Sequence record: OP079919.1
Length of the DNA: 64,000 nt
Strand: one strand, 5' to 3'
Shown in pieces: positions 35,980 through 46,961 of this stretch. The notes below the pieces were generated by a model. It was not told the DNA's origin. It saw only the letters and a program-made list of their open reading frames with translations, and searched no databases. Within the stretch, counting starts at the first letter, position 1. Every line of letters starts with the position of its first letter. The translations under genes and the position numbers were made by a program.

Positions 35980-37566
35980 GTGGAATTTAAACTCAGTTTA
36001 AAACAGAGTGGGAAAAGTCCATTTGCTGGAGTTATTGCGCAATATGGCGAAAGCATTATCGAGTTCAAAGGCAGTGGCAGATTAAATTGTGGTACGATTT
36101 ACGATGATCTTTTCTTTTCTTTTAACGAATACGTCGGGCATTTAGAAGAAAAGAATAAGGCCCGTTTATGGGAACTAATGGTTGCGGGTAAGACCATTTT
36201 GGACCCTTCTTATTTCGACATTGATAACGTCGACGAAGAACTGATGTTGAACAACCGGGATTATAATTTCCTCGTTAAGAAACTCAAACCCATCGTCGCT
36301 GAAATCTTCGATGTGTTGAAAATGAAGAACTATGAGTACTTCATGGAACAGTCCGGGTATATCGATCCACCTAAAGATCTTACCTCGATGTCTGGTCTTG
36401 GGGAGTATCCCGCTGAGACAACTATCACCGCCGAAGATTATCGTAATCTGGCAGCGTTGGTTTTAGGTTTACGCGGCCCACTGCCCATCATCACCGAGAT
36501 GATTTATAAAGTCGAGAGCATCGCCGGTAAAGCATATAAGGAAGTCGTAGCTGGGGATCTGATAAATGATATCGAGTGGGTCAAGCAACACGTCGGCTGG
36601 AATCGTTTAAACGAGTATATTTCTTTTACTTATAGCGCGAAGGGAAGGGGGCCTAATGGACTGAGAATCGATATTGTCAGTGACGATCGATTCACTACTC
36701 ATGTCGTCTATAAGGCGTTGTTCGGGCGTTTATGTTTAAGTCACGTGCCCAGCAAAGATCCACGAAAGAATTTGGTTAAATCGCTTTATTCCATCGTCAA
36801 CCAATCCGACAAAGTTCCTAGTAGTGTAAGGGAAAAGAAAGGAGGGGGTAAAGACGAGAGTAACGATAGAAGGAGTTCTTACGAGATCTATCAGTTACGA
36901 GAAGAAGTGAACGCAACCGATGAAGCGGCTGTGGCCGAGTTCTTTACGTTCGGTATGTTTGATGAAGATGACAATCCGATTTATAAAGATCGATTCGTAC
37001 ATCAGTGTAACGGTTTGAACATAGCTGATCCTAACAAAGCAGAAATTCTACATGATCTTCTGCCGGATAACTGGGATTATGAACCGAGACAGCATATCGT
37101 TAAATTGTGTCAGATGGCTTTCTCTGACGACATTCCTTTTAACATTTATTATGCACTGGATTATCATCAATTGATGTCGGCCATTGTGTTGGCTCAGTTA
37201 AAGCTACATCAAATGGGATATCCTCACCTCGCGGTATTGTTAACGTCAGTTGAGGATCCTGAAGGTGAGCGGATCAACGCAGACGTAATCTTCTCTTTAA
37301 ACCAAACAGAACGTCAACGTATCGAATCGTTATGTGATGTAGTTAAAGGAGACGGGGCCACATCAACTAATAACGAAGCAGTATCAGCGGCACTTGAGTT
37401 CTTTAAGGAACTCGGCAACAGTGCATGGCAGTCAACCATAGAGCTTGGTCTTATCGATGACGATAAAGCTTTAGAAAGTGCACCACGCGGTTTTTTATAC
37501 GAAGTCAATTTGGATATTCAGATTAAAGAAGAGTTCATTCGTCTTTATGAAGAAATCAACAGTTAA
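35980..37566 (+). CDS. nvRNAP promoter-specificity subunit (phiKZ gp68-like)
   Basis: 528 aa, size and position between the ChmC-like and PicA-like genes match gp68; GTG start with GGAG SD. Confidence 0.65.
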   Translation: MEFKLSLKQSGKSPFAGVIAQYGESIIEFKGSGRLNCGTIYDDLFFSFNEYVGHLEEKNKARLWELMVAGKTILDPSYFDIDNVDEELMLNNRDYNFLVKKLKPIVAEIFDVLKMKNYEYFMEQSGYIDPPKDLTSMSGLGEYPAETTITAEDYRNLAALVLGLRGPLPIITEMIYKVESIAGKAYKEVVAGDLINDIEWVKQHVGWNRLNEYISFTYSAKGRGPNGLRIDIVSDDRFTTHVVYKALFGRLCLSHVPSKDPRKNLVKSLYSIVNQSDKVPSSVREKKGGGKDESNDRRSSYEIYQLREEVNATDEAAVAEFFTFGMFDEDDNPIYKDRFVHQCNGLNIADPNKAEILHDLLPDNWDYEPRQHIVKLCQMAFSDDIPFNIYYALDYHQLMSAIVLAQLKLHQMGYPHLAVLLTSVEDPEGERINADVIFSLNQTERQRIESLCDVVKGDGATSTNNEAVSAALEFFKELGNSAWQSTIELGLIDDDKALESAPRGFLYEVNLDIQIKEEFIRLYEEINS

Positions 37567-37599
37567 CATCCCCCATTAATCTTTTTAGGAATAATCATC

Positions 37600-39072
37600 A
37601 TGTCTACTGAAGGCAAAATCTATCTGGTCCGTGCGCGTTTTGGTTTGGCAAACATCTATCAAAATCAGGTAAACAGAACACAGAGCATGAGCATCAACTC
37701 CCAAGATGTCGATCTGCTCAACGTTTCAAAAATTAATGGTCGGGTCAGTCAGAACACATTGCACGAAATCGGCGTGCGGACAGGTGGAGTGTCCACTCAA
37801 GCCGACGGTTACGCGTTTATCGAAGATGGCTGGGACGCACCCCGTCGTGGGCTGGCGATGCTTGAATTCGAAATTGAATCAGCAATGAACGTCGAAGAAA
37901 AACTTCATATCCTCGGTTATCTGGCCGGCGGCAGTCCGTCTATTGATGAAGGCATTCCAGAAGACGTTATGTTTGTGCCGGTGCGTAATTGGGTGGTTAA
38001 CAAAACCATGCAAATGATGCATACCGGTCTGATGAAGTCCACAAGTAATTTGACAAGTGCGTCTCAGGTCCTTTTAAACAACCCGATGGCTTCAGGTGGC
38101 TCGTTCGCTATTCGTCCTCTGGATATTGTTGACGGTGCCTCAGGTATGGTTGCTGATGACGTCCAGGACCAATCGATGAATGGCGGGATGGAATCCCAGT
38201 ATGTCGGAACCAGTAACTCCATCCTTCAGCATACTGGCGCTGCTTACTCTAAAGCCAAAAACCAATCTCCGGGGGAATATGCGAAACAATTGCTCAAGTC
38301 GAGTTTACGAGCCGGGTCCTCTATGGAGACTTCTCGTGATCCGTATGGATCCATGGGTGATGCGTGCATGGACCCTGGTCTGAGCGAGACGGCCCTGCAT
38401 CGAGACCCGTTCTTTAAAACCATGCGTCATGCGTTAGGTATGGGTCAGATGCAAGGATTCCAAGGTTTCTCCGTGGGTCAGATTGCATACGTCTTTGAGA
38501 ATCTTCCTGACGTTATGGATATCAATGCGTGTGACGGAGATCGTTTCCAGATAGAAGATCATCGCTTGACGACGAATGAGTTGGGTTCGTCTAACTATAA
38601 CGAAATCATCGGTAATGAGTTGAGTAGCCTGGCGCAGTACATTCTCGTTGAATCAGAGTTGGGTTACCTGGACATCGCGGCAACTAACAATGTCCAGAAT
38701 TCCGTCGATAACGTCAATGGAATGCCGGTAGGTTTCGTTGTAGGCGAATGTGGTCTGCTGGTTGACGGACTGGAAGGTTCTTTGGAGGAACGTGTCGAGA
38801 AAGCAAAAGAGCTCTTCTTGAGCCATTTCTTCTTGAAGTACGCTACTCCGTATCTGCACGACCGTACTTTGATCAGCTTCCGTATGACGATGCGTCTCTT
38901 CGGCGAAACCGTTATCGAGATCTTCACCAATGGCGATGAAAGCAACAAACGCCGTATCGCTTTCCCGACCTTCTCGACTAACCGGACCGATCTGACTCTG
39001 GCGTCTATGGAATCTGCGGTTAATACCGGCACGACTTTCTTCCGTAACCTGAAAGACTATTTTAACTTTTAA
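37600..39072 (+). CDS. picA: Nuclear import factor PicA/Imp1 positional homolog (phiKZ gp69-like)
   Basis: 490 aa, immediately after the gp68-like gene in the conserved gp67-gp75 block. Confidence 0.6.
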   Translation: MSTEGKIYLVRARFGLANIYQNQVNRTQSMSINSQDVDLLNVSKINGRVSQNTLHEIGVRTGGVSTQADGYAFIEDGWDAPRRGLAMLEFEIESAMNVEEKLHILGYLAGGSPSIDEGIPEDVMFVPVRNWVVNKTMQMMHTGLMKSTSNLTSASQVLLNNPMASGGSFAIRPLDIVDGASGMVADDVQDQSMNGGMESQYVGTSNSILQHTGAAYSKAKNQSPGEYAKQLLKSSLRAGSSMETSRDPYGSMGDACMDPGLSETALHRDPFFKTMRHALGMGQMQGFQGFSVGQIAYVFENLPDVMDINACDGDRFQIEDHRLTTNELGSSNYNEIIGNELSSLAQYILVESELGYLDIAATNNVQNSVDNVNGMPVGFVVGECGLLVDGLEGSLEERVEKAKELFLSHFFLKYATPYLHDRTLISFRMTMRLFGETVIEIFTNGDESNKRRIAFPTFSTNRTDLTLASMESAVNTGTTFFRNLKDYFNF

Positions 39073-39087
39073 TAGGAACGTTTAATA

Positions 39088-40479
39088 ATGAATAACCTGA
39101 ACAAACTTTATCTGTCCATGCTGGAAGCTTGGGGTGCTAAAATGGAACCCGATCATAGTCTGGTTATGGTTCTGGATGGAGAGAAGTACCCTATTAAGGT
39201 TGATGGAATGAATGTCTATCTCCCGGTAGACACTGTTCTGGATGGTAACACCATGGATAAAGTTTTCTTCCATCCGGCCTGCGAAAGCATTATCAGCCGC
39301 GAAACAGAGATCTTTAAAGTCATTCGTAAACTGACCGGCATGAAGCTTCTGGATACCTTTAAAAAGCTCCCCCTGGTTCTGTTCAATATCGCGTCAAAAC
39401 GTTCCAACAAAAATCTGCGCAGTGATCTGGTTGATATCATCGATCCGTTACGCGACGTCAAAGAAGCAACGCGTAAAGAAGTAATGAATCTGTTTGAACA
39501 AATGCGTGTCGATCTCGAAGAGAACGCAACTGTCGACAATCGTTTCATCCACTTCCAAACAACACGCGGCGGCCGTAGCAAAGTAGGCGGGGAAAAGATC
39601 TGTTATAAAGCTAAACCTATTTTCCCGTTCTATTCGGAAATGGCGAAAAAGCTGAATCGCAGTGAAGGTCTTCCGGATAACCAATCTGTTGATGTTAACG
39701 GATGTCAGATTAGTGTGGGCGGGCTCCGAATCGCAGTGGGTATCTTTAAAGCGGTGTTCCCGGAAATCGATACGCCGGACTTCTACGAGTTCGAATATCA
39801 TCATCCGGACGCCGCTCGACTCTGCGCGTTCTCTGGGGCGTATGTCAACGTGGCTGAATCCATCAACTCTCTGCAGAACTCGTTCCGTACTGAGTTCGAT
39901 AAGGTTGGAGTGTATGGGTTGGAAGTGGGCTTCTTTGAGAAGATGGATAATATCTCCGAATTCTACAAACAAGTTCCTGCCATGAACTATAACTCCCAGA
40001 ATACAGTGGCGGATAGTTCATCAGGTAAATCACATTTGATCGACCAGGTGATCAACACTCAGTCAGTGATTAACCAGAATCAGCCGCAGCAGAACCCCCA
40101 ACAACATATCGGTGGTGACAGCAACAACGGTTTCCGTTCCGTTGTAGAAGCCAGCATGCAGCCTGGTGAAGTTTATCAGGGTTGGTATTACGACCAGAAC
40201 ACGTCGTTCTATATCCACACAACGATGTCTACTGCCGGTCAGGTAAGCTATCGGATAACTCGCGCCGGTAACTTACTCAGCCGAGAATATAACGGGGTAC
40301 CTCAGCAGCAAGGGATGTATCAGGGCTATGGTCAGTATTATCAACAGCAGTACATGCAACCTATCGCTTACGCTAACGTGGGCGCGCCTCAGCAGCAGCA
40401 GTATGTGATGGCGACTCCTCAGATGCAGCAGTCTGTTGTTAACACTGGTTATCAACAGCCGTCCATTCTGACTTTCTAA
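39088..40479 (+). CDS. Conserved nucleus-associated protein (phiKZ gp70-like) with Q/Y/G-rich C-terminus
   Basis: 463 aa, synteny; low-complexity tail visible in the sequence. Confidence 0.55.
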   Translation: MNNLNKLYLSMLEAWGAKMEPDHSLVMVLDGEKYPIKVDGMNVYLPVDTVLDGNTMDKVFFHPACESIISRETEIFKVIRKLTGMKLLDTFKKLPLVLFNIASKRSNKNLRSDLVDIIDPLRDVKEATRKEVMNLFEQMRVDLEENATVDNRFIHFQTTRGGRSKVGGEKICYKAKPIFPFYSEMAKKLNRSEGLPDNQSVDVNGCQISVGGLRIAVGIFKAVFPEIDTPDFYEFEYHHPDAARLCAFSGAYVNVAESINSLQNSFRTEFDKVGVYGLEVGFFEKMDNISEFYKQVPAMNYNSQNTVADSSSGKSHLIDQVINTQSVINQNQPQQNPQQHIGGDSNNGFRSVVEASMQPGEVYQGWYYDQNTSFYIHTTMSTAGQVSYRITRAGNLLSREYNGVPQQQGMYQGYGQYYQQQYMQPIAYANVGAPQQQQYVMATPQMQQSVVNTGYQQPSILTF

Positions 40480-40490
40480 CTTAACCTGTG

Positions 40491-40525
40491 TAGTGAATGG
40501 GGAAATCCCCATTCACTATTTTTTT
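40491..40525 (+). terminator. Rho-independent terminator
   Basis: 12-bp stem TAGTGAATGGGG / CCCCATTCACTA plus T7. Confidence 0.85.
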
Positions 40526-40535
40526 GGGATAAAAT

Positions 40536-40886
40536 ATGCGAGCCGTCGTTTTAACTAAAGATTATTTGCTTTACTGGGAAAAACAAAACCGCATTACGGT
40601 CAGAAATATTGTAAATCTCCTCAACGTTAAACCAGTTTACGGGGAACTTTTATCTGATCTTCATGCCAGAGTGGATTCAGAAAGACTCACCGTTGAATTT
40701 CGTAACGTCGTGGCGAAGTTTGAAAGATTTAAACTAACCCCCCAATTGAATATTGAAGCGGACGTTTCTTTCATGGGAAGCTTAAAAGAAAACACGCCTC
40801 CCTCCTCCGACGTGGTTTACCACGCCAGAGGATTTTTAATGGGAGACCGTTTAAATGTTGTTGCTATTGACGTTTCGTTGAAATAA
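40536..40886 (+). CDS. Hypothetical protein
   Basis: 116 aa ORF. Confidence 0.55.
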   Translation: MRAVVLTKDYLLYWEKQNRITVRNIVNLLNVKPVYGELLSDLHARVDSERLTVEFRNVVAKFERFKLTPQLNIEADVSFMGSLKENTPPSSDVVYHARGFLMGDRLNVVAIDVSLK

Positions 40887-40920
40887 ATTAAAACTGCGCA
40901 TTGTATCTTAAGCGACTATG

Positions 40921-41244
40921 CTAACTTAACCTCTGAGTATTTGCTTTAGAGATCAAGTTATCGACGATCTGCTGGTCGACATAAAGAAACGTGGTCATTC
41001 CACTAACATCTTGACTTGGATCCGTGATTTTATTTAAAAAACAAGTTATCCATCTCATTTCAATGGGTATATTGTGTGCTCTCAAAACACGACTAAAATC
41101 GTACTTGTGTGCATTAAGAAAACTTCTATCGGAGATAACCTGGGTCTTAGCCATGGAAGTTAAATAATCAATGTTGCTGCGTAATAAGACCTTGGTATCC
41201 TCGGAGAAGTAAACGTCATCAACGGTGACAAAATTACTGAACAT
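40921..41244 (-). CDS. Hypothetical protein
   Basis: 107 aa, AAGGAG SD, fills the gap on the minus strand. Confidence 0.55.
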   Translation of the reverse strand: MFSNFVTVDDVYFSEDTKVLLRSNIDYLTSMAKTQVISDRSFLNAHKYDFSRVLRAHNIPIEMRWITCFLNKITDPSQDVSGMTTFLYVDQQIVDNLISKANTQRLS

Positions 41245-41319
41245 AAGCTAACTCCTTTAAGACCTATATCATCGCGATGTACCACAACTTTAGGAATAAC
41301 AACGATAGAGGCACATTTC

Positions 41320-43431
41320 ATGGCAGAAAAATTTGTCTATAAGAAACCCATAAACCAGCTTAAACCAGAGTTGATGTCTATCAATATTAACTTGAACTCA
41401 TTTCCCTGGTCGGTTTCATCGTCACGTCAATATATGTTGGGTGGTAACGTAGCTAAAGCAGTTTCCATACAAGGGGCGTCGACAAGACGCAACCCTACCG
41501 GCTTCGAACCAGAATATGCTAAGTATGCTCGTAAAGTCGTAGCGCCGTCAAACATGACTGTAGAGAGAACATTTTATCAGCGATCTCTTCAACCCGGTAG
41601 CAATCTTGCAGATGATTGGGCGGAGATCCACGTTATCTTCTTTAATGAAGAACACCAGCTTTATGATCTCTTGACTATTCCACGATTTAATACGCAGAAT
41701 ACTTACGTTGGGTTTGAGTACAAACTTAACAAGGATAACCTTCGTAAACTCAGTACAGAATCACCGACCTTTAAGAAAGGCGATGTGTTTGCGTATTCTC
41801 CAAATATCAGCGATACTGGAGAGTGGATGTTTGGTACTGAGGCGATGGTTTGTGGGATGACCGCACCTTATACCGAAGAAGACGGCATTGCGATCACTGA
41901 GAGCTTTGCTCGTAAGCTGACCAGCATCTTCCAGCATTCTCGTAAGTTCTCCTGGAACGAAGCAGAGTACGTACCGCTGAATCTTTATGGAACATTAGAT
42001 TCTCCACGGCCTTTCCCTGAGAACGGAGAAAGTGTTCGTAGCGACGGCATCGTCATGGGTTTCCGTAGACGTGACACTTCGAGCGCTCTGGTGGGGTTAA
42101 CCAAAAAAGCACTCATGCGTCCTGATCAAACTTATGATATTCTTTTCTACGCACCTAAAGATTGCGTTGTTAAAAATATCTCGGTCAAGTCAGATCGCTA
42201 TAAGAACGTTTCCAATAACAAACGTCAGGAGAAGATTACTCAGCCCCACACTCAGTTGCTGGAACGTTATGAACAGCGCTCTAACCAAATGGCGTTTGAG
42301 GTCCAGGAGTGGTATTACCGGATGGATGCGAAGTTTAAAGATTCCGATCTTCCTTTCACCCATGCGCTCCAAGAGTTCATCTCTAAACAGTTAGGCGACG
42401 TCACTAAAAACTTCGCTACCGGCAAGTATAACCAGGTCAAGCGAACCCACCGCAATAAGGCGCTTTTGGATTGGAACGTCGAGATTACTTTAAAGGAAAG
42501 AGTCACTGCGCGTAAACGTTTTAAAATTACCGACACTCAAGGTGCAAAAGGCGTAATCGTTCACATTATACCCGATGCTAACGCACCTCGATATGCCGAT
42601 GGACGTCGATCAGAAGTCATTATTAACAATACTCCTGCTTTTAGACGCCAGATCTTTTCGGCGTTAATAGAAGCTGGGGTTAACTTAATAGGTCTGGAGA
42701 TCGAAAACAGGATCAGGGTTCTCGTTGCTCAAAATGGAGGGTATAAGAAAGCTTATCAGGAGCTCATTAAGTTTTATCGTTCTACCGCTCCGGAGTTCGC
42801 TGATATCGTTGATGCCGCTCTCCCCACGGAAGAAGAACAATTCGATCACGTTGACTTTGTGTTGAGTGATAAGATCTGCGTTCAACGTCGAAGCGACGCC
42901 CAGCTGTATGGCGCCGATATTCTGAGATTGATGCGCGAGACCTATCCGGATATCAGACCTCAAAAGGCAATTTACATTAACGAGCTCGGTCAGGAAATCA
43001 CCACCATGTTCCCTGTCAGTATCAGCAGCATGTATTACATCCTGCTTGATAAGTTCGGTAACGATATGAGTTGTCAGTCATTCCCTAAACGTAACGTGTA
43101 CGGCCTGCCGTCTAAGTTGAACCATGGCGATCGTTATAGGGATTGGCACCGTGCTCAACCAGGCCGTAATATGGGCGAGGCAGAATCACGTCAGAAGAAT
43201 ACTCAGATGGGGGGAGAAGAAGTTGTAAGGCAGTTAGCTGCAGCTAACTCCCCTTACGTTTGTATCATGATGACGAAGCGTATTATTCGGGCTAATAACC
43301 CGTTTCGAATTAAAACCATTATTAAACCTGAAGAGTATGCGATGAGCCGATCTTTGGGAATGACGATGAATTTACTTAACGACGCGGGTTATACTTTACG
43401 TAAGGAAAAAGACAGTGATCTTACTTCGTGA
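41320..43431 (+). CDS. Non-virion RNA polymerase beta subunit, C-terminal part (phiKZ gp71-73-like)
   Basis: RQYMLGGN, EEDGI, KITDTQGAKGV (GxKG motif) and GEAE motifs; uninterrupted ORF. Confidence 0.9.
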   Translation: MAEKFVYKKPINQLKPELMSININLNSFPWSVSSSRQYMLGGNVAKAVSIQGASTRRNPTGFEPEYAKYARKVVAPSNMTVERTFYQRSLQPGSNLADDWAEIHVIFFNEEHQLYDLLTIPRFNTQNTYVGFEYKLNKDNLRKLSTESPTFKKGDVFAYSPNISDTGEWMFGTEAMVCGMTAPYTEEDGIAITESFARKLTSIFQHSRKFSWNEAEYVPLNLYGTLDSPRPFPENGESVRSDGIVMGFRRRDTSSALVGLTKKALMRPDQTYDILFYAPKDCVVKNISVKSDRYKNVSNNKRQEKITQPHTQLLERYEQRSNQMAFEVQEWYYRMDAKFKDSDLPFTHALQEFISKQLGDVTKNFATGKYNQVKRTHRNKALLDWNVEITLKERVTARKRFKITDTQGAKGVIVHIIPDANAPRYADGRRSEVIINNTPAFRRQIFSALIEAGVNLIGLEIENRIRVLVAQNGGYKKAYQELIKFYRSTAPEFADIVDAALPTEEEQFDHVDFVLSDKICVQRRSDAQLYGADILRLMRETYPDIRPQKAIYINELGQEITTMFPVSISSMYYILLDKFGNDMSCQSFPKRNVYGLPSKLNHGDRYRDWHRAQPGRNMGEAESRQKNTQMGGEEVVRQLAAANSPYVCIMMTKRIIRANNPFRIKTIIKPEEYAMSRSLGMTMNLLNDAGYTLRKEKDSDLTS

Positions 43432-45394
43432 TTATGCGAATCTGACCGAACGAGAGCTCCTGACCAAATGGTGGAAGAATCGTGTTAAAGTTGTGGTTAA
43501 GGATGACCACGGTGAAACACTAGAAACCGATTCTTACGTGTTGATGGTGAATTGGTACGGATTATCGATTCACCGAGCCTATAACAAAATCCCTTATTCC
43601 ATACAAGAGATATTCCAAGCCAAAGTTTGGAATGATAAAACAATACAGCGGCCCATTAACTGGTTCCTCCAAAATCAGTTGATGCCGTTAATTGACGATC
43701 CGGTTGAAACTGATCGGATCAAGCAAATGATCTACGAGTGGCAGATCAAACTTAATAACTTCCTGCATTTCTTTGGACAGGGTGCTGAGATATCGGCATT
43801 GGGGTACGATATACTCGACGTCATGGACCATCCTTCGATGAAGAGTATCAAGGAGCGGATCCATTCTCTCGAAATAACCATCGATGAAGGGGAGGCGGAA
43901 TTTAAATCGCTTATCCTTGAGCATGAAGATTTCGATAGCAACACCTTTGCTTTACTCGCTAGGACCGGATCGGTTTCGGTCAATCAGGGCTTCCAAACCG
44001 TTATTATCAGGGGATCGGTATTTGACCTAAACAACCAGATACTCCCCAATCCTGTAGAAGCATCATTTGCAGATGGTTTGGTTAATTTGGCAGATGCTTT
44101 GGGTGAGAGTAAAGCGGCGGGCAAGAGTCTCATCAGTAACGGCCGCGCATTGGAAGATTCAGAGTGGTTCCATAGGAAATTGCATATTGTGACTTCCGTG
44201 GTGACAGATCTGCATCATCAGACTGATTGCGGGACAACCTTCACAGTACCGATTAAAATTCTTTCCAGGGATATGCTTTCTGCTATGAAGGGCAAGTATA
44301 TCGTGGAAGAAGGTAAGTTGGTGTTATTAACCGATCAAACCATTAAACGTTACCATAAGGGCGACGTTATTAATATGAGGTCGGTTAAAGGCTGTCTTAC
44401 CCATAAGCCTGGTGAACCTTGTGGGGTGTGTTACGGTAAGATGAAGGCGTCGATACCGTATAACGTCATCATGATGAAATCTGCGAATCCTGGGATGTAT
44501 TCCGCCACGGCAATTGCAGAACGTATTGGTCAGGCTCTTCTTTCGACCAAACACTTCATGAGACACACTCAAACTATTCCGTTCTTTGTTAAGCCAACAG
44601 ATGCGGATGTGATCTCCTCTGATACGAATTACATTTTCTTGAATAAAGAAATGTGTCGTAAAGGAACTAAGGTCATATTGGATGGGTTGATCGGAAGCGA
44701 GCTTTCTGACTTCCGAAATCTGGAATCTCTGGATGAGATCAATTTCGATCAATTGCGGACATTCCCTTCTGTTGCGTTTGAATATGAAACGGAAGACCCG
44801 ATGACCGAAGGTATTGCGATCACACAACGTAATATCACCACGTCCGTATCCTCTCGTAGTGCAAGGATGTCAAGAGAGTTTATCGAGTACGCCATCGTTA
44901 AAGGTTGGGAGAAAGATAAAAAGTTGATTACGGTCGATCTGTCTGATTATCGTAGTGAGGATCCGTTGTTCTTCCTTCCTTACGTGCATGAGGACCTGGA
45001 TCAGTATCGCCGTCAAATCGAAGGATTCGTCTCTTTCTCCAACCGTAACAACGCTTGGAAGCAAAGGGAGATAACTCCTGAGATCTTCGGGGAAGTATTA
45101 GGGGAAATGTGGAGCTTGGTAAACCGTAAGTTTGCTGGGATCAACATTATTCACTCCGAGATTATCCTCTACTCCCTGTTAACCAGGGATCCGTTTAACG
45201 GATTGTATAGGATACCGAGAGGCGACGAGCCCCAGTATTTCTCCGCTTTCACGCATTGCATTAACAATCGAGGAATAGGGACCCTGGCGATTTACCAGAA
45301 GCAAAATCAGATACTCGAATCCCCTGAGACGTATGATATTAAAGAACGTCAAGGAGGCGCCTTTGAGTGTTATCTGGCTCCAGCCGTCCTATAG
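43415..45394 (+). CDS. Non-virion RNA polymerase beta' subunit, C-terminal part (phiKZ gp74-like)
   Basis: TDCGT, Zn cluster C..CGVCYG, trigger-loop-like QALLSTKH. Confidence 0.88.
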   Translation: MILLRDYANLTERELLTKWWKNRVKVVVKDDHGETLETDSYVLMVNWYGLSIHRAYNKIPYSIQEIFQAKVWNDKTIQRPINWFLQNQLMPLIDDPVETDRIKQMIYEWQIKLNNFLHFFGQGAEISALGYDILDVMDHPSMKSIKERIHSLEITIDEGEAEFKSLILEHEDFDSNTFALLARTGSVSVNQGFQTVIIRGSVFDLNNQILPNPVEASFADGLVNLADALGESKAAGKSLISNGRALEDSEWFHRKLHIVTSVVTDLHHQTDCGTTFTVPIKILSRDMLSAMKGKYIVEEGKLVLLTDQTIKRYHKGDVINMRSVKGCLTHKPGEPCGVCYGKMKASIPYNVIMMKSANPGMYSATAIAERIGQALLSTKHFMRHTQTIPFFVKPTDADVISSDTNYIFLNKEMCRKGTKVILDGLIGSELSDFRNLESLDEINFDQLRTFPSVAFEYETEDPMTEGIAITQRNITTSVSSRSARMSREFIEYAIVKGWEKDKKLITVDLSDYRSEDPLFFLPYVHEDLDQYRRQIEGFVSFSNRNNAWKQREITPEIFGEVLGEMWSLVNRKFAGINIIHSEIILYSLLTRDPFNGLYRIPRGDEPQYFSAFTHCINNRGIGTLAIYQKQNQILESPETYDIKERQGGAFECYLAPAVL

Positions 45395-45410
45395 ACAATA
45401 GGAGTTAACC

Positions 45411-46961
45411 GTGCGTAAGACGGTGGTCATTAACAAAGCGCACAATTACCTCAGAATAACGGATTATTCTGAGGAGTTTGTGAACAGAGTGATAATGCCG
45501 TTCTGTCGACGGTATCTTTATAAGTACAAAAAAGAACCTATCCCCGGGACGCGCAAAAGTAGAACAGTCGTGGATAAATGTTTTGCCCGCATGAATAATG
45601 ACAAAACGGAATTCCGTATATCGGCGGGTCTTCTAAAAGAATTCCTGAGTTTTATGGAATATTGCGGGTACGCTCCTAACAGGGTGGAAATCCGGGAGGT
45701 TCCTGAAATTGTTCCGGCGAGGATACATTTCGAATGGAATAAAGGATGGGGTGGGTATAAACCAGGGAGTGAGCAAGAACAGAAGGAATGGTGCGATTAC
45801 CAGATTGCTGACGGACCCATAAAAGTCAACAACGCCGGAACAGGTGTGGGTAAGAGCTTTTGTGCGACCAAGCTCATGGTCGACATGGGGGTTCGTGGAC
45901 TGATAACAGCGTTGCCTCGTTATATACCGATATGGTCCAAATGCTTGTTTCAATATTTGAAACTCTCGGTTGAAGACGTGGTCTATGTTGAATCTGGTGG
46001 GCTTGAGGAGTTAGCCGAAAACATTCAGAAGGGAATCATTAATCCCAAAATTATCATTCTCCCGTTAACCAGGATTGACTCGCACTATAAACGGATGAGG
46101 GAAGATGATACCGTTCCTGACTTAGATGAACTCTACGCTAAGATGGGAATCGGGCTGAGGATCATGGATGAAGGGCATGAATCTGTTTATCAGGTTTACA
46201 TGTCCATGCTTTACGGTAATTTCTCCAAGACCCTGGCGTTGTCAGCAACCCTGAAAGCCGATGATGCTTTACAGAACCGTATCTATTCGTACATCTATCC
46301 TCAAAGCATCCGCTTGAAGGACGGGGAATCGAAGAAATACATCGATGTTTATGCTTACCATCACTGGATTGACATTAGGAAGTTCAGGATTAACCCCAGA
46401 GGATTTGGGGGGTATAACCACGTGAAGTTCGAACAAGGGATTATGAAGTCCCCTTACCTGCTCGGTAGGTATTACGAACTCTGTAAACAGGCGTTTGAAG
46501 AGTTTTATGTCAAAGACTTGTTACCCGAGCAAAAAGCCCTCTGGTTCTTTGCGACGGTAGAAATGTGTGTCAACATGTTGGAGTTCTTTAAAAGGGACTA
46601 CCCGGAAATGGATTTCGGGAAATACACCAACGAGGAATCGTCTAAGGCAGATACCAAGGATAATTACCTCAAGCACCAAGTCTTGATTACCACTCCTCAG
46701 AGTTGCAGCACCGGTAAAGATATTGAGAAACTCTACGTTGCGTTTAGTCCCTATGCGGTTTCTTCTAAACAGCGTAACGCTCAGTCATTAGGGCGTTTAA
46801 GGGAAATAACGAAATGGTGGCCCGATCTTTCTCCTAAGTACGTTTACTTCGTTTGTCAGAACGTAGACAAGCAAGTTGACTACCATCGCAAGCGAATGGA
46901 GGAGTTCGCCAACAAAGCGAAGAGTATCACCAATATCAATAGCGGGCATTCCATTCCTTAG
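45411..46961 (+). CDS. Superfamily 2 DExH helicase (phiKZ gp75-like)
   Basis: Motif I TGVGKS, motif II DEGH, motif III SAT, motif VI QSLGRLR. Confidence 0.9.
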   Translation: MRKTVVINKAHNYLRITDYSEEFVNRVIMPFCRRYLYKYKKEPIPGTRKSRTVVDKCFARMNNDKTEFRISAGLLKEFLSFMEYCGYAPNRVEIREVPEIVPARIHFEWNKGWGGYKPGSEQEQKEWCDYQIADGPIKVNNAGTGVGKSFCATKLMVDMGVRGLITALPRYIPIWSKCLFQYLKLSVEDVVYVESGGLEELAENIQKGIINPKIIILPLTRIDSHYKRMREDDTVPDLDELYAKMGIGLRIMDEGHESVYQVYMSMLYGNFSKTLALSATLKADDALQNRIYSYIYPQSIRLKDGESKKYIDVYAYHHWIDIRKFRINPRGFGGYNHVKFEQGIMKSPYLLGRYYELCKQAFEEFYVKDLLPEQKALWFFATVEMCVNMLEFFKRDYPEMDFGKYTNEESSKADTKDNYLKHQVLITTPQSCSTGKDIEKLYVAFSPYAVSSKQRNAQSLGRLREITKWWPDLSPKYVYFVCQNVDKQVDYHRKRMEEFANKAKSITNINSGHSIP

